This document shows, piece after piece, positions 31,655 to 42,508 of a DNA stretch of 64,000 nt. Where the stretch lies: the NCBI GenBank assembly GCA_965219955.1, contig OZ244799.1:1280001-1344000 (forward strand), in the 5' to 3' direction. A program made the position numbers and the translations under genes. Origin of the DNA: a bacterium. Its GTDB lineage: Bacteria; UBA8248. How positions within the stretch are numbered: position 1 is the first letter of the stretch; every line of letters begins with the position of its first letter. Under the pieces are notes generated by a model, which made no database searches, was not told the origin of the DNA, and saw nothing but the letters and a program-made list of their open reading frames with translations.

Positions 31655-32973
31655 CACGCGCCCTTCGTCGCCTCACCGAGGGCCTGGTCGAGGTCCCAGA
31701 GAATGTCGTCGATATGCTCGAGACCCACCGAAATCCGGATGAGGTCGGGCGTGATGTTGCCCGCCTTCAGGTCCTCCTCGCTCAACTGGGCGTGCGTCGT
31801 GGAAGCCGGGTGGATGATGAGGCTTTTGGCGTCGCCGACGTTCGCCAGATGGCTGTGCAGCTGAAGCGCGTTGATGAAGCGAACGGCCGGGTCGAATCCG
31901 CCCCGGACGCCGAAGGAGAATACGGCGCCCTGTCCGTTCGGCAGGTACTTTTGCGCCCTTTCATATTCGGGGCTGTCCGGCAGTCCGGGATAACTCACGA
32001 AACTGATGCGCGAATCCCCCGCGAGATACTCGGCCACCTTCTGCGCGTTCTCGCAGTGGCGCCCCATGCGCAGGGGCAGGGTTTCCAGACCCAGGGCGAA
32101 CAGGAAGCCGTTGAGCGGGCCCAGGCACGACCCGATGTCGCGCAGGCTCTCCGCGCGCGCCTTCATGAGGAAGCCCAGTTCCCCGAAAGTCTCGAAGAAG
32201 CGCAGCCCGTGATAGCCCGGCGAGGGGTCGGTCATGCCGGGGAACTTTCCGTTCGCCCAGTCGAAGCGCCCCGAATCCACCATGACGCCGCCGATGCTCG
32301 TGCCGTGCCCGTCGATGAATTTCGTGGCCGAATGCAAAACGATGTCCGCCCCCCATTCAATGGGGCGGCAGAGGTAGGGGGTGGCGAAGGTGTTGTCCAC
32401 GACGAGGGGAACGCCCGCATCTTCCGCGATTTTCGCGAGGGCTTCCAGGTCGGCGATGTTGGTGGCCGGATTCCCTATCGTCTCACAGTAGATGACGCGC
32501 GTTTTCTCCGTCACCGCGGCCCGAAAGTCCTCCGGCCGCGTCGGGTCGACGAACGTCGTGTGGATGCCGAGTTTTCTGAGCGTGATGTCGAACTGCGTGT
32601 AGGTGCCCCCGTAGAGGGCGGCGGAGGAAACGATTTCATCCCCCGGGTTCGTCAGGGTGAACAGCGCGACGAACTGCGCGGCCTGGCCCGAGGCCGTCGC
32701 CAGCCCGCCGACGCCTCCCTCCAGAGCGGCGATGCGCTCCTCGAAAACGCTCGTGGTGGGGTTTCCGATGCGCGTGTAGACGTACCCGTAATCCTGCAGG
32801 GCGAAAAGGCCCGCGGCGTGCTCGTCGTCGTCGAAAACGAAACCGGTGGACTGGTAGATGGGCACCGCGCGCGCGCCGGTGGCGGGGTCGGGCCGCGCGC
32901 CCGCATGGAGGGCGTTGGTGTCGAAGTGAAACGCTCTGGGCGCCGTTTCCTCGGGCCTGGATTCCTCGTTCAT
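31654..32973 (-). CDS. metY: O-acetylhomoserine aminocarboxypropyltransferase/cysteine synthase, copy 1
   Basis: [32 protein letters not shown]-lysine, [17 protein letters not shown]; start trimmed to ATG 32973 with GAGGAG RBS. Confidence 0.92.
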   Translation of the reverse strand: MNEESRPEETAPRAFHFDTNALHAGARPDPATGARAVPIYQSTGFVFDDDEHAAGLFALQDYGYVYTRIGNPTTSVFEERIAALEGGVGGLATASGQAAQFVALFTLTNPGDEIVSSAALYGGTYTQFDITLRKLGIHTTFVDPTRPEDFRAAVTEKTRVIYCETIGNPATNIADLEALAKIAEDAGVPLVVDNTFATPYLCRPIEWGADIVLHSATKFIDGHGTSIGGVMVDSGRFDWANGKFPGMTDPSPGYHGLRFFETFGELGFLMKARAESLRDIGSCLGPLNGFLFALGLETLPLRMGRHCENAQKVAEYLAGDSRISFVSYPGLPDSPEYERAQKYLPNGQGAVFSFGVRGGFDPAVRFINALQLHSHLANVGDAKSLIIHPASTTHAQLSEEDLKAGNITPDLIRISVGLEHIDDILWDLDQALGEATKGA

Positions 32974-33065
32974 GTGCACTCCTCGAAAAATGGCTTGGTT
33001 CCGGTTTTGTAATCTCTCGGATTCATTAAAGCAAGCGGCGACGCTGAAGGAAAGGCCTCCACAGG

Positions 33066-33407
33066 GGGGCTTGTTGAAAGCCGGAGAGGGGAAATTTATT
33101 TGTAGGGGACGCATACATGCGTCCCTGCTTTTTCGCCGCCCGCCACGGGCCGCATGTATGCGGCCCCTACATTCCCTCCGGCAAGGCGGTATCCCGCCAC
33201 CGTCATTCCGGCGAAAGCCGGAATCCATTTGCGGATGTGGGAGAATCAATGACGGCGTTTCATTCCCCACCCGATGCGCGGGAACCCTGACGAAAGGCAA
33301 AAGGCGTAAAAATGGATTCCGGCTTTCGCCGGAATGACGGTCAAAACCCAAAACCAGTCGGAGGAGCAGGCGTCAATTCCTCCTCAATAGGCTTTCCAAA
33401 CCACCCC
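33066..33407. repeat. Composite palindromic-repeat cassette 4
   Basis: TIR-like left end, GTAG doublet 33102-33170, CGTC doublet 33201-33339, degenerate right end. Confidence 0.85.
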
Positions 33408-33511
33408 GCAAAGAGGCGAATTCTCATCAGGAGCGTTGATTTTCTCTCCCCGGCTGCACCATAATCCATACTCGTTGCGACGCGCCCGCCCCCCACGTTA
33501 TGTGAAAAGCC

Positions 33512-34267
33512 ATGGCTCGAATACTTCTTTGCAATGATGACGGCATCGATTCGGAAGGATTAAAGGCTCTGTACTCGGCTCTCGCCCCGCTGGGGGATTT
33601 GCTCGTCGTGGCGCCGGACAGGGAGCAGAGCGCTGCGGGACACTCCTTGAGCCTGCATCGCCCCCTGCGAATCAACGAATTGGAGCACAACTGGTTCGCC
33701 GTGGACGGCACGCCCACCGACTGCGTCAACCTCGCCTTGAACGGCCTGTTCAAGAACGAGCACCCCGACATGCTCGTCTCCGGCATCAACAAGGGTGGAA
33801 ACCTCGGCGACGACATCACCTATTCGGGAACCGTGGCCGCGGCGATGGAGGCCACCCTCCTGGGGCTGCCCGCGGTGGCGGTCTCACTCGCCCACGAGGA
33901 TGGGGAGACCCTCAATTTCGAGTTGGCGAAAAAAGTTGCGCGCGCCGGCGCGAGGGAAGTACTATCCCGGGGGCTGGAGCCGGGCGTTCTGCTGAACGTC
34001 AACGTCCCGAATATTTCTCCCAAAAAATGCCGGGGGGAGAGAATCACCCGGCAGGGCAAGCGCGTTTACGAGGAGGCCATCGTCGAGAAAATCGACCCGC
34101 GCGGACGCGAGTATTACTGGATAGGGGGAGGGAGCCTCCACTGGAAGGATGAACCCGACACGGACTTCGAGGCGGTTTCGAACCACCAGGTCTCCATCAC
34201 GCCCCTGAGGCTCGACCTGACGGACTATGACGCGATGAAAGGGCTGGAATCTTGGCGTTTTCATTAA
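33512..34267 (+). CDS. surE: 5'/3'-nucleotidase SurE
   Basis: ILLCNDDGI, EQSAAGHS, GTPTDCV, SGIN.GGNLG, YSGTVAAAME. Confidence 0.97.
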   Translation: MARILLCNDDGIDSEGLKALYSALAPLGDLLVVAPDREQSAAGHSLSLHRPLRINELEHNWFAVDGTPTDCVNLALNGLFKNEHPDMLVSGINKGGNLGDDITYSGTVAAAMEATLLGLPAVAVSLAHEDGETLNFELAKKVARAGAREVLSRGLEPGVLLNVNVPNISPKKCRGERITRQGKRVYEEAIVEKIDPRGREYYWIGGGSLHWKDEPDTDFEAVSNHQVSITPLRLDLTDYDAMKGLESWRFH

Positions 34268-34932
34268 ACGGAAGAAAGGAAAACCGCTGGCGTCGCTCTC
34301 GCGACGAGATGGTGGATAAACAAATCATCGCCCGTGGAATCGCGGACGCCCGCGTCATCGAGGCCTTGCGCGAGGTGCCGAGGCATCATTTCGCGCCCGA
34401 GATATTTCGCGAAACCGCCTATGCGGACAAAGCGCTGCCCATCGGACACGGGCAGACGATCTCCCAGCCCTACATGGTGGCCGCCGCGCTCGAGGCCCTG
34501 GAACTCGAAGGCGGGGAGAAGGTGCTTGAGATCGGGGCGGGTTCGGGTTACCTTACCGCGCTTTTGGGGAGGCTCGCGGGCTCCGTCCGCGCGATCGAGC
34601 GGGTGCCCGAACTCGCGGTGAGAGCCAGGGAGCGGCTTGATTCTTTCGGCCTGACGAATTATATGCTCTGGACGGCGGACGGCACCTACGGCTGGCCGGA
34701 GGAGGCGCCCTTCGACGCCATCGTGAGCGCGGCGTCGGCGCCTCGCGTGCCGGAGCCATGGGTGCGGCAGATCGCTCCCGGCGGGCGAATCGTCATGCCC
34801 CTGGGCGAGGGGGAGAAGCAGACCCTCGTTCGGTTCCGCGCCTCCGGAACGGGTGAAGTGCTCCCGCCCGAGGAACTGGTGAACTGTGTTTTCGTGAAAC
34901 TTGTGGGAAAATACGGCTGGGAGAACCCGTAG
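34252..34932 (+). CDS. pcm: Protein-L-isoaspartate O-methyltransferase
   Basis: VPRH.F, GQTISQPY, VLEIGAGSGY, APFDAI; follows surE; start uncertain (alternative ATG 34309). Confidence 0.95.
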   Translation: MAFSLNGRKENRWRRSRDEMVDKQIIARGIADARVIEALREVPRHHFAPEIFRETAYADKALPIGHGQTISQPYMVAAALEALELEGGEKVLEIGAGSGYLTALLGRLAGSVRAIERVPELAVRARERLDSFGLTNYMLWTADGTYGWPEEAPFDAIVSAASAPRVPEPWVRQIAPGGRIVMPLGEGEKQTLVRFRASGTGEVLPPEELVNCVFVKLVGKYGWENP

Positions 34933-34966
34933 GCATACGGCGATTCCGCCGTCTCATGGCTTGTGT

Positions 34967-35043
<77 letters not shown>

Positions 35044-35266
35044 TTTCATATCACGCGGCAGAAACGGGTTCCCGGACTTTGATGCGCGTTGTCCCTGGTC
35101 AAGACTGCCTCAGCGATACCCGAGCAGCGAGCCATATCTCATGTAATGCTTTAATCCATTATTTTTATCCAATACTTTCAATTAGCTAAATAAAATACCT
35201 GATAATTCACTTTATATTGAATTTTGAGTTCCATCCGATCAGGAAGCAGAGAATACACTGCCGGAT

Positions 35267-35895
35267 GGGCTGTTGAATAACCCGAATTCCGGCCCTTGGA
35301 GAGGGTGTGGTTTCGTTCGTCATTCCGGCGAAAGCCGGAATCCATTTTTACGTCTTTTGCCTTTCGTCAGGCTTCCCGCGCATCGATGGGGGATGAAGCG
35401 CCGTCGTTGATTCACCCGCATCCGCAAATGGATTCCGGCTTTCGCCGGAATGACGGCGTCGTGCTCTCTCGGCAAATGTCGTGCTCTCTCGGCAAATAGA
35501 GAGAAAATCCACTCACCCCTTGAGGGGTTTGTTGAAAAAAACCTCTCCGGGAGCATCGCTTTTGCCGCCCGGAGAAGAGGGGAATTCCGATCATCGAATT
35601 GTTCCCCGTAGGGACAGGCCTCCGTGCCTGTCCGACAACTCGAAAAAGGACAACCACGGAGGGTTGTCCCTACGCTACATCAAACCACAAACTCTCTTTC
35701 ATCCCGAGCAGGCGCGCCTGCGCGCCGTATCGAGGGACGGACGCGCACCCTTCGATACGCCGCCCTTCGACAAGCTCAGGACAGGCTCTTCGGCGGCTAC
35801 TCAGGATGAGGAAAATGGGGGGCGGAGCCCTGTCCCGAGCGAAGTCGAGGGGCCGCTACTCAGGGTGAGGGGGGAGAGGTTTTTCAACAGCCCCC
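35267..35895. repeat. Composite palindromic-repeat cassette 5
   Basis: TIR-like ends at 35267, 35525 and 35878; CGTC doublet 35318-35455; 20-bp tandem duplication 35458-35497; GTAG doublet 35608-35673; CCTTCGATACG unit with 24-bp insert. Confidence 0.85.
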
Positions 35896-35956
35896 ACAAG
35901 AGGCGAGCAAGAAAACTCCGGGGAAAAAGCCGTCGCCGGAATATATCTTTCCCCAC

Positions 35957-35991
35957 AAAAAAGAGGCGCCCCGTTTGGGACGCCTCCTTTT
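35957..35991 (-). terminator. Rho-independent terminator of metY copy 2
   Basis: Minus strand GAGGCGTCCC-AAAC-GGGGCGCCTC followed by T6. Confidence 0.8.
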
Positions 35992-36013
35992 CGTTTCTCT
36001 CTTGCGATGCGCG

Positions 36014-37318
36014 CTATGCGGCGTCCAGGGCCTGTTCGAGATCGGCGATGATGTCGTCGATGTGTTCGATGCCGATGGAAAGCCGCACGTAGCCCGGCGT
36101 CACGCCCGTCTGCTCCTGCTCCTCGGGGCTGAGCTGGGAGTGCGTGGTGCTGGCCGGATGGATGGCGAGGCTCCGCGCGTCGCCGATGTTCGCCACGTGG
36201 TAGAACATCTTGAGCGCGTTGATGAAGTTCTGGCCCGCCTCGTAGCCGCCGGTGAGGTCGATTCCGACCAGGCCGCCGTAGCCGCCCTTGAGATACGTGT
36301 CGGCGCGGCGGCGGAATTCCCCGTCCATGAGGCCCGGGAAAATCGTGGTGTTCACCTTGGGATGCGCATTCAGGTAGTCCGCCACGGCGGCGGCGTTTTC
36401 GCAGTGGCGCTCCATCCGCAGGGGCAGGGTTTCGAGGCCTTGCAGGAACAGGAAGGTGTTGAAGGGGCTCATCGCCTGGCCGGAGTCGCGCAGGAGCGTG
36501 ACGCGCGCCTTGATGATGTAGGCGATGGGGCCGAGCGGCTTGACGGCCTGGCTCCACACGGCGCCGTGGTAGCTCGGGTCGGGCTGGTTCAGGTAGGGCT
36601 GCCTCTCGGGGTGCGCCTCCCAGTCGAAGTTCCCGGCGTCGATGATGATGCCGCCGATGGAGTTGCCGTGCCCGCCGATGTATTTCGTGCAAGAAGAAGC
36701 GATGACGGCCGCGCCGTGCTCGAAGGGTTTGCACAGCCCGTGGGCCGCCGTGTTGTCCACGATGAGGGGAATCCCCAGCTCACGCCCGAGGTCGGAGACT
36801 TCCCGGATCGGGAACACGTGGAGTTTGGGATTCGGCAGCGTCTCGGCGTAGTAGGCGCGCGTCTTCTCGTCCGTCGCCCGGACGAAATTCTCCGGGTCTT
36901 CGGGGTCCACGAAGCGGCACTCGATGCCGATGTCGTCCAGCTGATTCGCGAAGAGGTTCCACGTGCCGCCGTAGAGGTCCGTCGAACTCACGATGTTGTC
37001 CCCTGCGCGCGCCACGTTCATCACCGCCATCATCGAGGCCGACTGGCCCGAGGATACGGCGAGGCCGCCGACGCCGCCCTCGAGAGCCGCCAGGCGTTTT
37101 TCGAGCACGTCGTTCGTGGGGTTCATGATGCGCGTATAGATGTTGCCGAGCTCCTTGAGCGCGAAAAGATCGGCCGCATGGTCCGTGCTGTCGAACTGGT
37201 AGGAGGACGTCTGGTAGATCGGCACGGCCACGGCGTTCGTGGCGGAGTCGTTGCGGTATCCGGCGTGCAGGACGATTGTTTCTTTGTTGCTGAGTTCCAA
37301 CTCTGTTTCCACTGTCAT
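36014..37318 (-). CDS. metY: O-acetylhomoserine aminocarboxypropyltransferase/cysteine synthase, copy 2
   Basis: [48 protein letters not shown]; start may be GTG 37327. Confidence 0.92.
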   Translation of the reverse strand: MTVETELELSNKETIVLHAGYRNDSATNAVAVPIYQTSSYQFDSTDHAADLFALKELGNIYTRIMNPTNDVLEKRLAALEGGVGGLAVSSGQSASMMAVMNVARAGDNIVSSTDLYGGTWNLFANQLDDIGIECRFVDPEDPENFVRATDEKTRAYYAETLPNPKLHVFPIREVSDLGRELGIPLIVDNTAAHGLCKPFEHGAAVIASSCTKYIGGHGNSIGGIIIDAGNFDWEAHPERQPYLNQPDPSYHGAVWSQAVKPLGPIAYIIKARVTLLRDSGQAMSPFNTFLFLQGLETLPLRMERHCENAAAVADYLNAHPKVNTTIFPGLMDGEFRRRADTYLKGGYGGLVGIDLTGGYEAGQNFINALKMFYHVANIGDARSLAIHPASTTHSQLSPEEQEQTGVTPGYVRLSIGIEHIDDIIADLEQALDAA

Positions 37319-37611
37319 TCCAATCACCCTCTTTCTCGAAAAAGAAAAGATATCGGCAGGGGCGCGAGAGGTCTCGCATGAACATTCCCAACCCTGCTGT
37401 TCTGGAAAAACAAAACCGAGAATCTACACAAAATCAATGGATTCGGCAAATACAATCGCGGAAAAAACCGCATCGGCGGGAATCGCCTGAAGCGGTTGAC
37501 CCGGCGAGGCCCAAGGCCCGAAGATAGCCCGCTGAATCCGGCGTCATATCTGCTTGAAAACGGCGGGGACAGAACTCGCCCATCACCTATACGAAAGGAG
37601 AAGGTAGCGGC

Positions 37612-38799
37612 ATGAGAAGACAGGCGTCACGCGCGAACCAGAACTGGATTTTCGACAATTTCCTCAAACTCTCCGACAACGAGGACGTCCTCCACCCCGG
37701 CATCATGGGCACGCGCTATGAGCGGGGTTTCAGGCACCAGGACCTCGAAGCCGTCTACTCGAAGGTCTCGGGCAGGCGCTCCATCCCCCTCCTGTGGGGC
37801 AAGCAGGCCGCTCTGCAGGAAAGCAAGGCGAAAGCGGCCGAGGAGGCGGGCAACCTCGTGACCGCCGCCATGCACTACAACCGCGCGGGCCTTTGCTACG
37901 GGCGCGGCCAGCACCTCATCCCCGTCGATGGGCATCCGCGCAAGAAGGAATACTACGCGGGCGTCTCGCGCTGCTTCGACAAGATGCGCGAGGTGAGGGG
38001 CGGCGACATCCAGAAGCACCAGGTGGAGTTCGACCCCGGCAAGAACGCGTATTTCTATTACTGGCCCCAGGAGGGCGGTGAGCCCAGGCCCACCGTGCTT
38101 CTCATCCCCGGGATGGACATGATCAAGGAGGACGGCCTTCTGCCCTACAACAACTGGTTCCATTCGCGCGGCATGAACTTCGCCATCATGGACGGGCCGG
38201 GGCAGGGCGAGTGCAACATCAACCAGGTGTGGGTGGACCACCACAACTACGCGCGCGCGGGCAGCAGGGTCATCGACTGGCTCGCCGGACGCGACGAGGT
38301 GGATTCCTCTAAAATCGGCATCATGGGCATGAGCATGGGCAGCCGCTGGACGGTGGAGATCGCCGCCCAGGACGAGCGCGTCAACACCGTCGTCGGCCAG
38401 ATGGCGAACGTGGGGCCTTCGGACATCATTTTCGACCAGGCCCAGCCCAACTTCAAGCGCATCTACATGTACATGACGAACATCCTCGATGAGGACGCGT
38501 TCGACGAGTTCGTCGAGGAGCGCGACAGCATCTGGCTGCCCCTGGTGGGCAAGATGAAGTCGAACTACCTGCTCGTGGCGGGCGACATGGACGAACTCTG
38601 CACGCCGGACGACATCGACGTGTTCTTCGATCACCTGACGTGCCCGCGCGAGCTCTGGATGTATGAGGGCGTCTTCCACCCCATGGGCGAGGTCGCGGCG
38701 GACATGTACCCCGCCATCGCCGACTGGATGCTGCACTCGCTGAACAACGGCCTGCCGGCGGATCACAACAAGCGGGTGAACGTCCCCGAAGGGGGATAG
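37612..38799 (+). CDS. Alpha/beta hydrolase (FrsA/2,6-dihydropseudooxynicotine hydrolase-like)
   Basis: PG.D..KE, DGPGQGE, GMSMG nucleophile elbow, GD.D and FH; AGGAG RBS. Confidence 0.8.
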   Translation: MRRQASRANQNWIFDNFLKLSDNEDVLHPGIMGTRYERGFRHQDLEAVYSKVSGRRSIPLLWGKQAALQESKAKAAEEAGNLVTAAMHYNRAGLCYGRGQHLIPVDGHPRKKEYYAGVSRCFDKMREVRGGDIQKHQVEFDPGKNAYFYYWPQEGGEPRPTVLLIPGMDMIKEDGLLPYNNWFHSRGMNFAIMDGPGQGECNINQVWVDHHNYARAGSRVIDWLAGRDEVDSSKIGIMGMSMGSRWTVEIAAQDERVNTVVGQMANVGPSDIIFDQAQPNFKRIYMYMTNILDEDAFDEFVEERDSIWLPLVGKMKSNYLLVAGDMDELCTPDDIDVFFDHLTCPRELWMYEGVFHPMGEVAADMYPAIADWMLHSLNNGLPADHNKRVNVPEGG

Positions 38800-38820
38800 G
38801 CGGACGCGCAGACCTTTTGA

Positions 38821-38987
38821 GGGGGTATTGAATAAGCCGATTTCGGGAGCGGGCGCGCAAGCACCACCAACCTCCTCATCCTGAGTAGGCGCGTCAGCGC
38901 CGTATCGAAGGAGGTGAGGAACATCCCTCGACGGATGCGGGGTCTCGCCCTTCGATACGCCGCCTTCGGCGGCTACTCAGGGTGAGG
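38821..38987. repeat. Palindromic-repeat cassette 6
   Basis: Degenerate TIR; CTCATCCTGAGTAGGCGCG..GTATCGAAGG / CCTTCGATACGCCGCCTTCGGCGGCTACTCAGGGTGAG doublet. Confidence 0.8.
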
Positions 38988-39061
38988 GGTGTTGGGGAGC
39001 GAGAACAAAAGACGGCGCGACCCGAGCGGGCCGTTTCGAGGCGGCATCGGCGCATCGCCAC

Positions 39062-39089
39062 TTGACGAGAGCCGCGCGCCCGATAAAAT
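39062..39089 (+). promoter_or_regulatory. Candidate sigma70 promoter
   Basis: TTGACG-N16-TAAAAT upstream of 39123. Confidence 0.4.
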
Positions 39090-39122
39090 CATTAAGTATA
39101 AATTCCGCCCCGGGATTTTCTG

Positions 39123-39572
39123 ATGCAGACCATCATCGGCGTCATCGGCGATTCCGATCCGGCTCCCGAAACGGCCGCTCTGGCCGAGGAGGCGGGCGCC
39201 GAGATTGCGCGCGCGGGGGCCGTGCTCGTGTGCGGGGGCCTGGGCGGCGTCATGCAGGCCGCAGCGCGCGGGGCGAAAGAGGCGGGCGGCCTCACGGTGG
39301 GCGTCCTGCCCACCTATGATGCAAAGTCCGCCAACCCGTTCATCGACATTCCCGTCGTCACGGGCATGGGCCACGCCCGGAACGTCGTTATCGCGGCGAC
39401 GGCCCACGCGCTCATCGCCATGCCGGGCGCGCACGGCACCCTCTCCGAGATCGCCATCGGCCTCAAACTCGGCAAGCGGGTCGTCTCCCTGGGACGCGAC
39501 GCAAGCCCTGCGGGAGTCGTCCCGGCGTCCAGCGCGCGCGAGGCCGTGCGGATGGCGCTCGGATCTTCATGA
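39123..39572 (+). CDS. LOG/SLOG-family Rossmann-fold protein (TIGR00725-like)
   Basis: IGVIG, CGGLGGVM.AA..GA, TGMG.ARN, GTLSEIA. Confidence 0.88.
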   Translation: MQTIIGVIGDSDPAPETAALAEEAGAEIARAGAVLVCGGLGGVMQAAARGAKEAGGLTVGVLPTYDAKSANPFIDIPVVTGMGHARNVVIAATAHALIAMPGAHGTLSEIAIGLKLGKRVVSLGRDASPAGVVPASSAREAVRMALGSS

Positions 39573-40468
39573 GGGACGACGTGAGTCTGCCCATATCAGA
39601 CATTTCGCCCGCATCAGGGTCCCGGCGGTGGCGCGCGGTGCGGCGGAGGGGCTGCCTCCTCTTTCTCTGCCTGCTCACCGGTTGCGCGCTCGTGGCGCCT
39701 CCGCTGCCGGCGCCCAAGCGAACATACCGCGATGCGGGCGGGGTCCACCACACCGTAAAGCGCGGCGAGAACCTCTGGCGCATCGGGCGCGCATACGGGG
39801 TGGGGGTCGAGCAGATCGCCGTCCTGAACGGCATCGCCAATCCCGACCGCCTGGAAGTCGGGCAGCGGCTCTTCATACCGGGCGCGAGAGCGACGCGCCT
39901 CATTCGGAAGAACGTCAGTTCCAAACCGCCCGAACGCCGCCCGCGCTGGGCGGCTCCGCGCCCCCGGAAGGCGCCGCCGCGCCGGAAGGCTTCCGTAAAG
40001 CCGACCCGCCAATCCTCCAGAAAACCGAAAAGCGCCGCCCGGGCGCATCGCGTGAAGGAGAGGAGAGCGCCGTACCGCAGGGCGTACGGCAAAAGGCCCC
40101 GGTTCTCCTGGCCTATTCGGGGACGCCTGATCCGCGGCTTCAAGAGGAGCGGCAGCCGCAAGGCCGACGGCATCCTCATCGCCGCCCGTGAGCGCGACCA
40201 GGTTCGCGCCGCCGCGTCCGGCCGCGTCATTTATTCGGATTTCGGCCCCGGCAACCTGGGGCGCCTCATCATCCTGCGCCACCACGGCGGCGAGTACCAC
40301 TCCATCTACGCCCACGTCGCCGAGAATCTCGTTCGCAAGGGGCAGAACGTCTCACGCGGGGCGCCCATTGCGCTCACGGGCCGGACGCCGCGCTTCAAGA
40401 CCGCGCGCCTTCATTTCGAGATCCGCCATCGCACGCGGCCGAAGAACCCGCTCTCCTACCTGCCGTAG
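39569..40468 (+). CDS. LysM + M23-domain lipoprotein (NlpD-like)
   Basis: Lipobox LTGC; LysM HTVKRGENLWRI; degenerate M23 domain (DGILI, SIYAH, LHFEIR). Confidence 0.85.
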   Translation: MRDDVSLPISDISPASGSRRWRAVRRRGCLLFLCLLTGCALVAPPLPAPKRTYRDAGGVHHTVKRGENLWRIGRAYGVGVEQIAVLNGIANPDRLEVGQRLFIPGARATRLIRKNVSSKPPERRPRWAAPRPRKAPPRRKASVKPTRQSSRKPKSAARAHRVKERRAPYRRAYGKRPRFSWPIRGRLIRGFKRSGSRKADGILIAARERDQVRAAASGRVIYSDFGPGNLGRLIILRHHGGEYHSIYAHVAENLVRKGQNVSRGAPIALTGRTPRFKTARLHFEIRHRTRPKNPLSYLP

Positions 40469-40640
40469 GGCCGGTTGCGGACAGGCGGCGGCTCGGCGAC
40501 AGTCCGCTCATCCGCCTGAGAGAATTTTATGCGCGCGCCGTGGTGACACGCCCGCAAGAGAATGCTATCTAGATTTCCTGTCTTGTCACAGATGAACGCC
40601 ATACGAGGCCAAACTTCATCGTCCACGCGAGGTAGATCTC

Positions 40641-41168
40641 ATGTCCGACATCAGCCGTCTTCTGGAGCACATTCGGGACGTCCCCGATTTCCCCAAAGAA
40701 GGAATCCTGTTCAAGGACATCACGCCCATGTTCCAGAACCCCGAAGCCTTTCAGGCGGCGGTGGACCTGGCGGCGGAGCCTTTGGCGGGCGAGGGCATCG
40801 ACGTCGTGCTGGGCGTCGAGGCGCGCGGCTTCATCATCGGCGCGCCCATCGCCTACAAGCTCGGCGCGGGCTTCGCTCTGGTGAGGAAAGCGGGGAAACT
40901 CCCCTGGGAGAAGACCCAGGCGACCTACGACCTCGAATACGGCACGGACACGCTCGAAATCCACAAGGACGCCGTCGCACCCGGCGCCAAGGTGCTCATC
41001 GCCGACGACGTTCTCGCCACCGGCGGCACCGCCTCCGCCTGCGTCTCGCTCGTGGAATCCCTGGGCGGGAGCATCCACGGCTTTTCTTTCCTCATCGAAC
41101 TCGCGTTCCTGAACGGGCGCGAGCGCCTCGCTCCACACGCCGTGCGCTCTTTGATAACATACGACTGA
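40641..41168 (+). CDS. apt: Adenine phosphoribosyltransferase
   Basis: PDFPKEGILFKDITP, EARGF, RKAGKLP, LEYG, DDVLATGGT. Confidence 0.97.
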   Translation: MSDISRLLEHIRDVPDFPKEGILFKDITPMFQNPEAFQAAVDLAAEPLAGEGIDVVLGVEARGFIIGAPIAYKLGAGFALVRKAGKLPWEKTQATYDLEYGTDTLEIHKDAVAPGAKVLIADDVLATGGTASACVSLVESLGGSIHGFSFLIELAFLNGRERLAPHAVRSLITYD

Positions 41169-41197
41169 CGCGCGCCTTACCGGGCGCGAATCATCAT

Positions 41198-41274
41198 GCC
41201 CCCGTAGCTCAGCAGGATAGAGCGCCGGATTCCTAATCCGTAGGCCGCAGGTTCGAGTCCTGCCGGGGGTACCA
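41198..41274 (+). tRNA. tRNA-Arg(CCT)
   Basis: 77-nt cloverleaf GCCCCCGTAGCTCAG..GGATAGAGC..TTCCTAA..GTTCGAGTC..CCA. Confidence 0.96.
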
Positions 41275-41330
41275 AACCGAAATGCTGTCCGTTTGTCGTG
41301 TCATGGGCGGAGTTGATGTCGCTGCACGGC

Positions 41331-42265
41331 GGGCTTGTTGAATAACCGGCACATGACCCCTACGAAAATCGTTCTCTACCGAGGAGAATTCCAATTCTTC
41401 TTTGCCTTGAAGGGTTGTCACCTCCTGCAGAAGTAAAAGGAATCACTCCCCCCTTGAGGGGGAGTCGAAGAGCTAAGGGCGTAAGCCCGCAAGCGATTCG
41501 GTGGGGGGTATAAGTCGGAATGGCGATAAAACGCATTTTACCCCCCACCGCATCAGCCTTCGCAAAAAACGCTCGACTTCTGCGACTCCCCCTCAAGAGT
41601 CTGTTGAATAAGCCCCCTGACAAGGGGGATTGGGAGTTTGGGAGGGAGACGTGTTTTCCCGTAGGGGCGGGCCTCCGTGCCCGCCCGTTGTTGGTATACG
41701 ATCCGGAGACGCAGGACAGGCACGGAAGCCTGTCCCTACGGTGAACAATCTCGAAGGTCGGATAGGGCTTTTTCAACAGCCCCCTCAAGGGGGGAGTGAA
41801 TTTACTCTCTCCTCGGTCGGGCTCGACCCGTGCGAAACCTCCCCCTCATCCTGAGTAGGCGCGCAAGCGCCGTCTCGAAGGATGAGAAGCGCAAACACTC
41901 CTCTCTCAATCGCCTTTCACCCCCGCCATGCGCGAACCTCGTCCCCTTCGATACGCCGCCTTCGGCGGCTACTCAGGATGAGGAAAGTGGGGAGCGGAGC
42001 CTGTCCCGAGCGAAGTCGAGGGGCCGCTACTCAGGGTGAGGCGGTGCGGTTCTGCTCGTCATTCCGGTGTCGGAGCCGACTGCGAAGGAAGGGTTCGACG
42101 GAATCCATCTTGCCTTTGTTTTTTATTTTCTGATTGCTTCTCGCCAATGAAAAGGAAATGAAAAGCCGGCGTATTGTCATTCTGCTTTACAATGGATTCC
42201 GGCTTTCGCCGGAATGACGGTTAGTAATCTCAACGGTCGGCCAACACACCTCAAGGGGGAGTGAA
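41331..42265. repeat. Composite palindromic-repeat cassette 7
   Basis: TCACTCCCCCCTTGAGGGGGAGTC doublet (from about 41443, interrupted by a MITE); CTCATCCTGAG/CCTTCGATACG doublet 41843-42041; CGTC doublet 42057-42219. Confidence 0.85.
41597..41783. mobile_element. MITE-like element copy 3 (187 bp, variant interior)
   Basis: TIRs GAGTCTGTTGAATAAGCC / GGCTTTTTCAACAGCCCC; CTCAA duplicated at 41592-41596 and 41784-41788; removing it restores GACTCCCCCTCAAGGGGGGAGTGAA, identical to 46204-46228. Confidence 0.85.
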
Positions 42266-42508
42266 TTTCCTCTCTCTTCGGTCTGCAACAAATCGAGTTA
42301 CAATTCAACCCTAATCCTGCAGGGGTGCCAGTCTCAAACCACTTGCCCATTCGCCTTTCCCTCAACAATCAGAATCTCTCCCCTTGAATTGTCAATGTAA
42401 TCGATATCAGGCTGCTTGACTTTAATGCGGTTTCCTCAATATGTTCCGACCGACCCAGGAATTAAATTTCCTTTCATTTTTTCACACCTTTACACGAGGT
42501 AAGGTCTA

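Noticed and set aside
32974-33351. 126-aa N-terminal extension of metY copy 1 as an in-frame repeat insertion
   Set aside because: It runs through repeat cassette 4. A strong GAGGAG RBS precedes ATG 32973 and gives a normal-length enzyme.
35458-35497. 20-bp tandem duplication GTCGTGCTCTCTCGGCAAAT x2 as a functional array
   Set aside because: Only two units next to a hairpin; most simply replication slippage or an assembly artefact.
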